Positions 25,841-40,597 of a DNA stretch of 64,000 nt are shown one piece after another. The stretch covers positions 28,086,001 through 28,150,000 of the forward strand of contig OX597823.1 of the NCBI GenBank assembly GCA_951406725.2, written 5' to 3'. This DNA is from Octopus vulgaris (Eukaryota). The position numbers and the translations under genes were made by a program. The notes under the pieces were generated by a model. That model was given only the letters and a program-made list of their open reading frames with translations, did no database searches and was not told the DNA's origin. Each line of letters opens with the position of its first letter. The first letter of the stretch is position 1.

Positions 25841-27109
25841 TTGGGTTGTCCGGAAACTTCGTGCCGATTTTCAAAGGAAAGAAAAAGGACAATATACTTG
25901 CCATTACATTTTTAATCAACCAAGTATGAACCATTTTGTTGCACAATGCGTCTCCTTCTTTCCTTTAACTTGAAATACCCTCTTCCCGGAACTAAGGTGG
26001 ATTCATGGCAAAGAATTCATCAAGGTATCTTTTTACGTCATCCAAGGAATTAAAATTTTTACCATTAAGACTATTCTGCAGAGACCTGAATAAGTGGAAA
26101 TCCGAAGGAGCAATATCTGGTGAATATGGAAAGTGGGGTAACACATCTCAGCCGAACTGCAGCAATTTTTGTCTGGTTCCCAAAGAAACGTGCGGTCTTG
26201 CATTATCATGTTGGAAAACAACACCCTTCCTGTTGGCCAATTCTGAACGTTTCTCTTGAATTGCTGCTTTTAACCCGTCCAGTTGTGTGCAGTATTTCTC
26301 AGAATTAATTGTCTGGTTACTTGGGAGAAGCACATAGTACAGAATTCCTTCCCAATCCCACCAGACACAAAGCAAATCGTTTTTTAGGGTGAAGAGCCGC
26401 TTTTGGGAGTGGCTAAGGGTTGCTTATGTCGCTTACTCCAGGATCGCTTTCTCTGAATATTACGGTAGATAATCCATTTCTCATCACCTGTCACAATTTG
26501 CTTTAAAAAAGGCGCGTTTTCATTCCGTTTATAAAGCGAGTCACGGATGGAAATGCGATCCAAGAGGTTCTCCTCATTCATCTCATGTGGTACCCAAACA
26601 TCGCAGCGATTTGTGTACCCAAGCTTTACCAGGTGCTCATGAACGACGGATTTTGCTAGGTTCAGGCTTTCTGCCAATTCTCGGGCTGTGCAATGTGGGT
26701 TATTCTAAATTAAGTACTTGATGTGGTCATCATCTGTAGTGGATGGTCTGCCTGATCGCTCTTTATCAATAAGGCTACAATCTCCAGGTCGGAACCTTGC
26801 GAACCACTTCCGTACAGTTTTTTCGGATAAAGAAATATCACTATAACCTGCGCATATTTCTTTGGGTTTTCCCTTTATGGAAAAAGAAGAGCATCAAGTG
26901 CCGAAAATGAACTTTCTTATCTTCCATTTTAAAGGGTAACAGAATTAGCAAAGGTTATAGGAACATAAACCTTCTTCCACGAAAAGATAGCTTAAACTCT
27001 GCTCTAAATGGAGGTTTAGTCAAATCCTATTTTATAAACTCAATCATGTTCTAAAATAAGTCGAAATATAAGCTACTATAAATCGGCATGAACTTTCCGG
27101 ACAACCCAA
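25841..27109 (-). mobile_element. Full-length decayed mariner (DD34D) transposon, 1269 bp
   Basis: About 30-bp TIRs ttgggttgtccggaaacttcgtgccgattt / aaatcggcatgaactttccggacaacccaa, with TA on both sides. Motifs WVPHEM, VTGDEKW, HDNARPH and PYSPDIAPSDFHLF are split by frameshifts and stops. Confidence 0.95.
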
Positions 27110-27277
27110 TATATATATATTTGACCCCTAGCTACTAAAGCTTTCTTTTTTTTATTCTCCTTCTGTTTATTTCAACCTTCTCTTTCTCACCTTCCCGAGC
27201 GTTAACCTAACCTAATGCACCTGTTTGTTGTTTATACACCTGTCTTCGTCTGTTGTCTTTTGTAAATTCCAACTATA

Positions 27278-27369
<92 letters not shown>

Positions 27370-27379
27370 TGGGAGATAG

Positions 27380-27446
<67 letters not shown>

Positions 27447-27614
27447 CAATTATGTAGATAAGCAAATTAGATACATCAAATATATCAAATATATTAGCTT
27501 GGGTATGAAATACAAAATATGTTTATATGTGTACATTCAAAACGAGAGGAAGCAAAATGTGGAGATTTCGAATGATGAATTTTAGGTCTAAATATATAGA
27601 TATTTATATAAAAC

Positions 27615-28308
27615 GAGCGACGAAACCGTTCTGCACGCACTCGTGCAGTGTCCAACAATTTCCGACCTGTGGGCTTATGTCGAACGACTGCTGTCATGTG
27701 TGGGACGAGTCGGTTTATCAACCGAGTCTATCGTCAATATTGTCACGCCTCCTTCCTTCAAACGGGAAGGAAAAGCTATTTTTATCGTTTTTGTGGCTAT
27801 GGGAAAAGAATGTATCTGGTGGACGCGTCTGAAAGGATTAGAGACAAATACTTTCCCCTCTGGTCAATCTCTCATTAACTTCTTCAAGTATCACTTGAAA
27901 AGGAAAGTGAGAGTAGAGAGGCAAGTTTTAATCTAGCGAATGTTTCAAAAAAAGAAGATGGGTGAATGTAGCAAGGATGGCATATATGAATGACGAATCC
28001 ACCTTGAACCCGGAAAAATTTAAAACAGAGGGTTATCTACTTGCAAACAAATGTGGTAACATGTAACATTATTGACCGAGGTTACCGTGGTCTTTTCCGT
28101 AGGCTTTTCTTTCCTCGGATAAACCTTATCTGCTTCCCTCTTTATACTTTACGTCATGACATTTCTGTGATACACGATCCCTATTTATAATATTTTTTCT
28201 TTTTCTTTTTTTTCTTTCCCTTTTCTTTTTTTCCTCCCCAAAAAGAAAAGCTCTACTTTGTAATCTGTCCCGTCTGTGTGCAGCCCTGTGTGGCTAATAA
28301 AGAAACAT
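27615..28308 (+). mobile_element. Tx1-like LINE, 5'-truncated copy 2
   Basis: Closely matches 6229-7010 (ETVLHALVQCPTISDLW...YHLKRKVRVERQV). Same 3' end, into degenerate (TCTA)n. Confidence 0.92.
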
Positions 28309-28395
28309 ATCTATATATTTATCTATCTATCTACTTATCTATATGATAATTTTAATAACCAGCATATGACAAAATTTTGAAGTCACTCTATGAAA

Positions 28396-28439
<44 letters not shown>

Positions 28440-28980
28440 GTGTGTGTGTGTTTGTGTGTTTCACTTCCACTTCCACTTTCTGTACACTTTGGTTGGATCT
28501 GTTGATGTATGTCTTTTATGCTTCAACATAAGTAACATTTAATGAGCTAGAAAATAGCAGAAATTATCTCCAATTATGGCAGCTATCTTTCATACGTCTT
28601 CTATCGACACGTGATAACTGATTTCCAGGGAAATCTAGTCTTGAGAAAGAAAGTATGCCAGTACTGATTATATATCCTTTTAAAGTCATCATATATCTCA
28701 TTTTAAAAAGAAATATGAACAACACTGTGTGTGTTTATATACATACGTAATATGTATAGATAGATGCCTAAAAGGTGGGGTAATAGCGTGTTTATGTGTC
28801 AGTATATATATATATTTGTATGTATGTATGCATGTATATATTCATATATTTCCGTAAGTATATAAATAATATATGTATGAACACACACAATACATGTTAT
28901 ATATGTTGTGCGTAGTTATACAAACGTACATATATATTTGCACACAAACACACACACACACAGACACACGCGCACACACA

Positions 28981-29036
<56 letters not shown>

Positions 29037-29091
29037 CAAATATATAAATATTTGCATATAAATATATATATACAGACCCCCCTACATACAT

Positions 29092-29125
<34 letters not shown>

Positions 29126-29923
29126 GCAAATATATATATGTATATACATATATATATATTTATATGCATATGTATATATTTATGTATACATGCATTAGTG
29201 TGTGTGTATATATATATATGCATGTATGTATATGTGTATAGACATATATTTGCATATATATATGTATGTATTCATATGTATATGTATATATTTATGCATA
29301 CATGCATTAGTGTGTGTATGTATGTATATATATATATATATATATATCTGTGTGTGTAAATATGCATGTATGAATATGTGTATGATAATAAATCTATATA
29401 TGGATGAAGGTGCGATTATATATGTATATACGTGTCAGCATGTATATGTATGCGTTTTTATGTGCATTTTTATTTACTGTTGATTGCAATAATCACATTT
29501 CCATTTTTGTATGTGCGACGACAGCTTTTCCCACAAATATCAATCTACAGCAGCATAATGTAAGTAGTAGCACCATACAAAAAAAAAACCCCAAAAAATC
29601 AAAGCAGTTCCATACCGATTCCTGGCCACCATGCCAAAATTTGGTCTCCCGTTTGGCGTCAGCAAAATCTTAATTGATCCACATGACTCGCCTGTGCACA
29701 AACGAAATGATGTCATTTCCGCTCAAGTCGATTACGTGGTAGAGAAGTTGATATCTGTTCACAGCACACAATGAGTTCAAAGTCAACATTTTCTGTGGTG
29801 GTTTGGTAGAATTGTTATTGAAGTAGGCAAAATGATTTGTCTTTGTTCCAGATATAATATCTCTGAAAGTGACTAGTCCTTTCAAGTGCTACTTGTCGCC
29901 TCCATCAAATTTTCAGGTCGTTC

Positions 29924-30345
29924 TTTTATGTTTCTTCATATGTTTCACTCATTTGACAGTGGCTATGCTGGTGCACCGCCTTTAGTCGAGCAGGGCTTAA
30001 TCTTTGTAAGCCTAGCACATATTCTATCACGCTCTTTTGGTTAACCGCTAAGTCACGGGGATGTAAACACATCAGCATCGGTTGTCAAACTATGTTGGGG
30101 CACAACACAGACGCACAAACACACACACACACAGATACAGACAAAAAAACAGACACCCCCCACACACACCCACATACACATACGACGGGTACTTTCAGTT
30201 TCCGTCTACCAAATCTACTCACAAGGCTTTGGTCGGCCCGAAGCTATAGTAGAAGGCACTTCCGCAAGGTGCCACGCGGTGGGACTGAACCCGGACCGAT
30301 GTAGTTGGTAAGCAAGCTACTTACCTCACATCCACTCCTGCGCCT
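29924..30345 (-). mobile_element. SINE family A
   Basis: Reverse complement of the family consensus, including the head ...ctcctgcgcc. Confidence 0.88.
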
Positions 30346-30419
30346 ATAGTAAAAAGAATCCTCCTCCCCTTCTCCCCTCCTCCTCCTCCTCCTCCTCATC
30401 ATCATCATCATCATCATTA

Positions 30420-30762
30420 CTATTGTTTTACTTCTCAGAGCGTTCGGTCAGATTCTATGAGAGCGGACAGCAGCCGTCTGTCAGAAGTCTCACGGGGCCT
30501 CTTTTAGTACATTATAAGCTTTGATATTTGGTTATTAATTATCGTGGGAGATATTCAACATCCAAGCACTAATTTCAAAATCCTAGCTGTCCCCAACAAA
30601 GCAGTTTTTGGGACTTGCTCTGCTCTCATGTCAATTCTGATTTCTCTGACATATTTCTCGAACTTGGTTGTTAGTGTTCCGAGTGCCCCTACAACTACTG
30701 GAATAACAGGTACTCTCCCCATAGTCCACATTCTTGCAATTTCGTCTTTTAGAAATATGTGA
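30420..30762 (-). mobile_element. R4/Dong-like non-LTR retrotransposon 3' fragment (end of the restriction-like endonuclease domain)
   Basis: LKDEIARMWTMGRVPVIPVVVGALGTLTTKFEKYV...PKTALLGTARILKLVLG matches the R4/Dong C-terminus pattern (VVPVVIGALG...KAALLGTAHIL). Bordered by AAT-type microsatellites. Confidence 0.8.
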
Positions 30763-30763
30763 T

Positions 30764-31007
<244 letters not shown>

Positions 31008-31490
31008 GAGTGAGAGAGCAGTGTATGCCATCAAAGTGACACTGGGGTAAAATATACGAAGCCCAGTATACCCATCATGACTACCCGATAAGGGTACACC
31101 AGGCACATGCATCACAACCATATGTGCGCGGCATGGTGTTCTCATATGAAGATAAACAGCGCATGACCATGCAGGTGGGACCCAGTTAAGGATTGTTTAA
31201 GGATGTTGAACGAACCATCCATGTTTGCAAAGGTGAATTATCCAAACCTTTAAAAATTCCTTTAGGACATGGCTATGATGCTCCCCCACTTCTTCTGCTT
31301 GTGATCAGAGATACACATATCGTCAGCCACTAAGGGAGAGGGTCAACTGGTTAAGGTCAAACAACTGACAAGCAAATCTGTGGTATTGAGCAGAATATTT
31401 ACTGTAGCCCATCTTTTATACCAAGACAAAACAACATACATGGTAGCACTTCCAATCAGTTAAGATCAAAAGCCATGAGAGCCACTACCT
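31008..31490 (-). mobile_element. Retroposon 3' region with (AAT)n tail, unclassified
   Basis: Higher-GC non-coding block whose minus-strand end runs directly into (AAT)n. Confidence 0.4.
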
Positions 31491-32712
31491 GAAAATCCAG
31501 ATGGGTCTCATTATTTTTTGTAAATTTAGAACATTTTTATTTCAGGCATTTGTTTTCAGAACTCGGTTGTAGATTGGCATTTGTGGATCTCCTGTAATTT
31601 CAATTGTTCCATTTCTACTATATACAATTGTGCAACCAGAAGATAGAGAACCGGACAACCGTCAATGACAGTGTGAACCATGAATAGATTTACAGCAAAG
31701 CGAATCAGAATTTCAGGTTCTGCAAGTCATCAAATTTGGTTAGAATAATCCCAAGCCATACTTGTAAGTTACCTTTTATTGTAGTTTGTGGTCGTTTATT
31801 TCAATATCAGGGAATCTATTTACTCTCCTACTGAGATTAAGAAAGTGACTAGTTTCTTGATAATGCATGTCTTTGGAAAATCGTTTTATTCCTGAAGCTG
31901 AAAACTGCTTGAGTAAGATCAGAAGCAATTTTGTCCTTTCCTTGGAGAGCAAAGTCGAGAGCTCATAGATCATATATTATATCAGTAAGGAACATCAGAC
32001 CTTCCGTCTATTCATTATATTTCATGGGAGAATAGACTCTTTTCTTTCAGAAAAATAGATCCTCATACGTATTCAAAGCATTGGCGGCTGGCTTTCAATT
32101 TACAATGCAGTAGAATATTACCTAACCTTTTATTAGTCAAGCACTCCTTTAGTCACCATAATAATCACATCACGCTGTTAACCACAAACATGGCTTACAC
32201 AAAATAAAGAAACAATAACATTAACGGCACTTTTGCTGTTGGTCATTTTTCACTAATTTCCTAATGCTTGATCTAGAATTTGTGATTGCCAATCATGAGG
32301 CTAGATTACATTCCGTTTCCGGTTTCATTTTTACAGGAAATAGTCGCAAATGCAGCTTAATGGAGGTAAGTTGTGGAAAAACAATACATTGTTTCTAATG
32401 CTGTTAATACAAGTGAGGGCAAGTAATTTGTTGTTCTAACTAAAATTCTATAAAGAAAAGAGATCAAAAAATAATTATTACTTACTTCCTTTGTAGTTTT
32501 AGCAACTTCCCTTTAAGGTTTTCAGTATAATCCATCTTTTACAAGACTGACTGCCGGATTTAATCAACAGATTACTTCAATATGTACTTCTTTAACATAT
32601 TTCGAATCTCCGACAGATGAATGAAGAAAATGAAGAATTTTCTTTTTCACTTCGGTGCTTCCAAAGTGATACCGTTCTTTTAAATATCTCAGCCCTATCA
32701 AGACATTGCATC

Positions 32713-34700
32713 TAGGCCATGGGATAGTAGGGGGTCATGGTCCCCCCCCCATTCTTGTGATTTACTTTAATGGGTATTTTCATGTAGCCCTGGATCTAAC
32801 GAGTCAGAAAATAATTGATGTTGCCAGCAAAACACTGGGATGGAAGATACCCCCGCCCCATGGACTTTTTGTCCACACTCACTTTTACAGCTGGAGGTAG
32901 GAAATTAGGGGTATGGAAAAATCAAACAGCTCTAACTTTGCAGCCCTTTACCAAAATATTTCAAATGACCACTTAAAATGATTGCCTGGTTAAGATCTAC
33001 AAGTTCATGCAAATGATAAGTAAATTCGTTCTGTAAAAAGGTCACCAGAGGTAAAAAGGTCACGAACTTTGACCTTTACCAATAATATCTCGCATTCACA
33101 AGCTTTACTTAACACCCAGACCATATAATGCTTTTTTTTATTGAAAATTAATCAAAGAAGAAGGTTTACATGTGCTTTTTAATAACAAATGTAAAAAAAA
33201 AATTAAAGAAATAGTGTTTAGCCCGTGGAATGTGAGATATTTCTGTACTTTTACTTACTCTTTTCTGCGTATTACTGAATGTGTCGAAGAGAAGTAAGGT
33301 AAAATCTAGCAATTTGTACTTTGGAATATTTCCTTGAATCATTGCAAATGACCACAAAAGATGATATTTGAGTTGATCTATAAAAATGAAACATTAAAAT
33401 TATGCAAACATTTTCATCAAACATGATTCCAGCTTCCATTGTCCACCCATGTTCTTCGTCTGGCACTGAAGGCTTTGCAATGTTCGCGAGCTTCTATATC
33501 CTTGTCTGAAAGATGCTACGCCGAACATATTATTCGAGGGCGTTTCTACATAGGGGCAGTGAGGCGAGATCGAATTGCTTAGATTTTATGAAATCTTTCT
33601 TCTCACAGCACTTCGCTCCCGAGGTTGTGAAATGTAATGTATTCACCTTTTTCGTCCTTTTGTTACAATACGGCACGCATGTGAACCTCTCCAGTTTATT
33701 CATCACCTCCTCGTCGACTTCACAAGACTCCCCTAACTTGGAGAACGCTTTCTGAATTGATTCAACGACTTTCAGTCCCTTCACTTTTCCCTTCCCTTTG
33801 AAGGCACTGGTACTATCGCACCTGATAAAGGCATGATGACCCAGCAATGCAGAAGATAGAAAAGGCGTGGAAGACATAGCCAGCTTGGTCACATCGATAC
33901 AGTGTTGTGTGCTGCCCTTTCTAATTTCAAATAGAATTTGAAGTTCTTCCAGCAGTCTAGCATGGTGAAGTAAGACGAATGATATGTCTGAATGGTGACT
34001 CTTCATCGAACGGATTCGCATCCCCGTTCTTTGGCAAACATGCAATACAGGATCACACGAGTGTCAGTTTCTTCTTTATGAAGATTTGAGAGAGTGTATT
34101 TCATAACAGAATATATTATGTCCATCCGGTGTCAACTGGGAAGCTTTTCTTTCACATATTCACATATCAGTACGATCTCATGTCCGGTGAGAATGTGGGC
34201 AGACACCTCACTCATCCAAGTTGAGAGCAAAAGCTGAATGAACTGTGTCTTGTTCTCATCATCTGTAAGAAAGATTTTCCAGTCTTCCGGATGCCTTGTT
34301 TTCTCACCACCCAGGCTGAGTTTGTCTCCACCACTAGAACTGCAATACCAGAACGGAGATCAATCAACTCTCGTAAAACATCAGTGCACATAGATCAAGT
34401 ATGCTTTATTCCAGTTCATTATTACATGGTAAAACATCCTCGTAAACATCAATAACTTTAGTAGTGGTAAGAGATGCTTCACAAAACAGATATTGTTCTT
34501 TCATGGTATCATCGTGCTCATATCGGGAACACACGACCAACTGGTTCAGGCATCAAATGTTAGGTGATACAAGCACTGAAATGCTGATGAGACATTGGGT
34601 TATTTCTTTTTGCTTACCCCTTGGATAAAGGCTTCGGTCCATTTTGGCAACTGGTCATACCATGCCATTATGTGAGACAGAGGACTCATTTGGATTTGTT
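32713..34700 (-). mobile_element. Decayed AcademX-like DNA transposon (XPG-like nuclease region and probable terminus)
   Basis: PEDWKIFLTDDENKTQFIQLL, HKEETDTRVILY, HAFIRCDSTSAFKGKGK and LPLCRNALE*YVRR...HGW are ordered motifs of the XPG-like part of Academ proteins. The terminus at TAG 32713 and the right boundary are inferred. Confidence 0.6.
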
Positions 34701-37700
34701 GCTACTTCTTTGATCAAGGAAAAGTTATAACATTTTAGGTCAACACACTTTGACAAAATTTTCTGATGCACATTGAAAGAGATTTTCCTTGATACAATTA
34801 TACGCCACTTCGAAAAGGGTTTGCCAAATAGATTTTGATGGTTGACAGAAGCCAAAGGTGAGGAAGAGTTATTGTATGATCTTAGTGGGCACATTTGATT
34901 TGGAGTCTTTCTGTCGGTAATTCTCATCAGTGTATTTCATTCTTAAATGCTCCTGTAGTCGTTCAGGTTTTCAATTCGCTTTGAACGTGTAGCGTGTAGC
35001 CATTTTCAAATAGTAGCGCCAATTTGTGGTAGCTGGCAATATAACGTAATGTAGTATTGCCGAAGAAATATGATTGTCGTTTTCCCATTGGTTAATATAA
35101 CCACTCATATAGGAATTCTAAAAATTACTTAAAGAATATTTTTATGTGATTTCGATTCTTTAAAGTCAAGTTGAGCAGTTATAAAAACCTTGGATTTTGG
35201 GAAATCTTTAGTGTTTGTGTGATGTAACTAAACTCCACGACACTCATCCTTTGAGACATTGGTTATTTTTTTATGCCATGGCTATGAAAAATCCAACACG
35301 ACTTGTTTGAATTGTTGAGATCTATAATAGTTAGAATGAGGAATTAGTTAGCTAAAATATTAAGTCGTGATTCTCTACGACAAAATTACTTTACTTCAAA
35401 TTATATTATAAATATTAAAAATGCTATATGTATATAATAAAATAATGTAGAAATTATTTTCTCTTTCTTCACGTTCTTCGACTTATTAATGAAATGTATT
35501 TCTGTAATTATGAAACTGTATTTTTTATAGCGGTTAAAAGAACACGAAATTATTCATATTCAACATACATGTACGTTTAATGTCCATTAGCGTTCCATAA
35601 AATATATTTCTCGCTATGGCGTTTATGTAGCTGGAGTCAGAATTTACGTATAATGGTAACACTTATAAGCAAGTTATAAGTGACGGTTTTATCATTATAC
35701 ATCCCTACTTAAAAAGCTAAATATATTTATCTACTTCCAAATAGGAAACATAATAAAGTAGCGTTACACTAACAGTAAACAAACCAACCAGAAAACATCT
35801 GCTATATAAGAAAAACAGGTAAACCGCTATACACTTTATAGAATTACAAAACATACATTGCGGACCACCAAGATTGCCTTGTCAGACGTAAAGCTATACT
35901 CATCATATCTGTTAATTCTATTTTCTGATCTTGATAGCTTTCATCGAACATTAACAGTTTCTCACTAATAGCGATTTGAGACATAGTTGCAATCAAACCA
36001 AATATAACTGTTTATATTACTCGTAGCCTTTGTAAAGACGGGAAAATTGGTACCTCTTTGTTAAGGATTTTGGTTATCTTCTGCTTTTGACAATATCGTA
36101 TTTTTCAAAGATATTTTTCATTACTGAGTTTTACTTTAAATAATGGAATGTTTTGATAGATAATTCTGTATGCTTTTTTACTGTTTCCAGATTTTTCTGT
36201 TGTGATACAAGGCTAGCGCATATAGTGTATTTCAATTGTCTTTGTACTTCATAATTCTTTGGCGCGTTCTATTCTGTTATTAATTAATTTGTCGGTTATT
36301 GTCTTTCAAGTAGAATTGGTCTTAATTTTAAGATGATTTTTTTCGAGTTGTAAAATGAGAAACAATTGAGCATATTTTTTCTTTCCAGATTAAACTGGAT
36401 ATTTACTTTGCTACATTTTAGATGGCAATATGTAAACAACATGTATGGTTTAGAGTTTGTCGAGTTGTAGTATATGTCAGTTTCAATTTCCTGTATACCT
36501 GTATACTTTTGATTATTAACACACCCAGGAAATGTAGTTGATTTAGACTGTATGCTATTCTCAACTGTATATCGTTGTTTATGTTATTAATTAGGGTTTC
36601 AAAATCGTTAAGTTGTTCAAGATTGTGGTTCTACAGAATGAGGCAGCCAATCAAGTAACGTTTCCAATTTTCTAAAACATGTCTGAGGAAGTTGATGCGG
36701 TACATTATTTAGGTTCTTCATATATAATGAACTGCTATATAATGAACTGATTGTCCAAAGTTGGGGAAAACCTCGTTCTCGTCACGGTTCCCATTTACTT
36801 GTAAATGCTTCCATTTAGTCCGGAAAAGTATTTTGTTGGATGAATTTCATTTTTTGCATTTTTAAAATATTTTCCTCCATGTTGGGACCACATGTTTAAA
36901 AAGACTCGTAAACATCATTAAAGACATCTTAGTAATTTACAATTTTAATTATATTTTTGGCAGTCTAATTTCATGTTACTGCAATGCAAATTCACAGTTT
37001 CTAAGATTTTCCCGTAGTTCATTACTGAATCAAAGATGCTAAATGCAATTAACATAATCATCATTTGGAAAACATTTGCAATTTGCGATTACTGAAGCTA
37101 ATACAAATGAGTAGAATAGTTTGAAAACTACACATATATTTCATACAGGGATTTCATAATATTCATGTACATTTTTGCTAAAGAGTGTATATAATGCATC
37201 GCGGCTGTCAAATAGCAGGGGTATATTGTATATAGTTTTATATTAAGCACATTTGCTGATCCCTGATACGCAAAAATGCATACATATATACATACATGCA
37301 TATCCAGTTCATTAAATGTTTGCGTAACTTTATATATATTGTCTAAATAATCACAGTAGTGAATACTACAAGAAACGTCTCTATGTAGTGGAAGATCTAG
37401 CTTGTGTACATCATAGACAATTCGTTGCAAATGAAAGACGCCTTCGAGGATGTGCCAAACAAATGTAGATTATCAAAGAAAGAACATATAATCAAAGCTC
37501 TTATTCTTCTGCCGCAATCCATAGAGATTTAGCGCAAGTGAAAGACTGCTTCAAACAACCGATGTTCTTATGATACTTTTTCGTAAAACTAACGACTATA
37601 AAAGACGAAATATAAAATAGAAGCAAATGAAATAAAATCATGGATGCCATGAGAAAGATCTGCGACAAAATCTTTGTGAAAAATCATCTGCATGTTTTGT

Positions 37701-39125
37701 CACTCAGATAACAGTCAAGGATAACAGTTCGAAGCGGGAACTCGGGCAAGGTACGAAGGCAAGTAGCAGAAAGTTTCCAAGATCCAGTGTTGGTGATTGG
37801 ATTACATAATGCCTGTATAATAGGTCTCGGGTGTTTTCATCAGTTAAACTGGACACAAAGTGTTCAATACCCGCAGGGATCAGAGCATTAGTGAACAGTA
37901 GTAAACCTGCCCTTGTAATTGTCATGTTTGATCGAATTCATCAATTTGGCTGACATAAAAACTCAAAACGAGGCATACCTCACCCTGAATGTCATGCATC
38001 TCAAAGCTTAGAAGTAGCGAGTAGACACGGCAACACATTAAGGCTAAAACAATGGCTGAAAGATAAGATTCTCTAATACTACTCAATTGGAATTGTCGCG
38101 AATCAGAGGACAGAAAACCCTTCTTTCATTCTCTGAATCTTGTGAGGTGGGTACTGTCACCACGTCTCTGATATAAGGCTATGTGAGATAATAGACAATA
38201 CATAGATAATATGAGATACAAGCGGGGTCAAGAAGGAGTATGATGTTTTCAATGACCTCAAGGGAATAGCTTTGATGCAGAAGATAATCAGTTTTACATC
38301 TTCATGACGTATGTATACTTCCTCAAGGGAGCGTACCACAGAATTAAAATGGTGACAAGAATTACCAGAAACTGTATACTGATTTCTCATCAATCGAAAC
38401 TCCAGTCAAGAAGCAGAAAAACGGCATATTCTTCACAGGAATCAAAAACCAAATTATCGATGTCCGTGATTAATCGGTGGATCTGAATGAAGCACAAATA
38501 CTTAATTGTTGATTTACGGTTTTAGCTGGAAGAATGTAGTAAAAAACTACGAGCCTACTCTGATTTCGTGGTATTGTTTTCCTAAGGTTCGAATCTTCCT
38601 TTTAAGTTAAGCTCAAAACAATAATGAACTCCAGTAGAATGCACAACATCCTGTATCTGAGGTGAAGCAGAAACACATTCACTACCTCATCAGAGTCCAA
38701 ACATTATTATTAGCATGAGAATGATGCTGCTCCAACAGACGGGGAAGAAAGCTTGGACAATCGGCACATTACAGAACTTGGCCAATATTTCATTGAGTGA
38801 CTCAGTGACCAGACAAATATATCATTTGATACCATAGTGCGTACGACACTGACATTGGACAAAGCAATAGGACTTTTGTTGTTTCGTGAATATCCGAAAG
38901 CCGATTGAATTGAATACACTTCACAAGAGGTACTTAAGGATAAGGCAACCCCCCCCAAATTTACTCATTAATCTAGTATCAGGCTTCACAAGAAGCAGTG
39001 GCTACTTGCAGTTTAAAGATAACGGCCATGGAGAAGTTCATACATCGATGATCTCCTCAACAGCACTAGCATCAGAAGTGCTATTCTGAAGCAGGGAAGA
39101 TGTTTTTCAGCCCAGACAACAATGT

Positions 39126-39486
39126 CTTGGTTCTGGCTTTTGCACCCTATGATATGTTTTGCAAAAAAAAATTATAAAATCTGCCATATCAGGTACTTCA
39201 GAACTTGAAGTAAATTGGAGTTGATTGGAGTATATAAGACAAGTCATCAGTTTTACCAAAATTCTACGCATTTGCTGGAGGTGACAGTGTTCTAAGACTG
39301 CCAAAAGACAAAATTCTTTCGGTTTCTACAGCACATTATTGACAGGGCCACATCGTCTCCCACAGCTGATGCATTTGATGAGTGTATTGAACATAGGTGC
39401 GTAGAGAGATTGCTTAGTGCTAACTCATCTTTATCTGGCAAAGACTGTTCGTCCTAACCAAAACGTCACTTATCAGAACGATCGTG
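39126..39486 (+). repeat. Dispersed duplication, copy 1 (copy 2 at 42103-42421)
   Basis: cttggttctggctttt...cacttatcagaacgatcgtg is shared. Copy 2 has several short deletions. Confidence 0.9.
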
Positions 39487-40597
39487 GTGAAATGCTATCC
39501 ACTACACGAACATTACAATTTCACCACAGGGCCATTGCAGAGTTCGTCATAACCCAGTAAAAGGCAGCTACAAACCCAGTCATTACACAGACATACAACT
39601 AATATGTAATATTGAAATTGTCGATTAGAATTGGCACGAAGGCCTGTAAAATATATTTATGTGCAGCAGAGATCTAGGAAGCACTGCGTATGGAATCTTT
39701 AGGTCAGTTTGATAACTAATAAAACAGCATTTTCTTTATATATAAATTCAAGTGATTTACAGCATATATTATGTAATAGAGTTATATAAAGACACTGGTT
39801 TTCTATTATTCTTGTTTGTTGCATTTCTTTATCCTATTTTGAGGCGTTTATTAGATTTCTTGTTCCGAAAACTCAGGCTTAACGTACTTAATTAAGTTTA
39901 TATGTAACCTAGGAACGCGATAATGCAAAATATACCTTTTATGAGGAGTATTATGAAAATATATAATGGCGGCCATAGAATTGTCTTTGAATTTATCAAC
40001 ATTGATTTATGAATTTTCCATGCTTTTATGATTCGAAAATTCTACAACTTAGTTAACCTCCAAATATTTTGAACGAAGTTGTATTCGTTAACATAGTGAA
40101 GCTGGTTACATGACTGGTGGATATTTTATTACCACGTAAGTAGATCTTGTTTTTAAGTGGTTCTTCATTTTAGATAATTAATAGCTTTAAGCTTGATATT
40201 TCCCATTCTTACCGAGTATTTTCACTAATTCGTTTGCATAATAAAGTAATTTTCAGTATAAATGCAAAAAATGATGTGTTCACTTATTTAACATTGTGCT
40301 CAGTTTTGCAAGTTTTTATTGACTTTAGCTCCAACCCTCGAGCGAGCCATTTTCTTTCCTTCATAAACGGTTAGTTGGTACATATTCGACTTTTTCGTGG
40401 TTTTTCCGTACAGTATCTTCAATTTGTGGTGTATATAATTCATTAATATACGACTTAATGAAAGATATTTTTAATTTCTCTTCGCTTGGCCAAATTATAG
40501 TTCTAAACACAATATTTTATATTCTTATTGAGCTCCCAAACTAATTCCTTTGTGTAATAAAATGCTCCATACTATAATCCCGGAATATATTTCCTAT

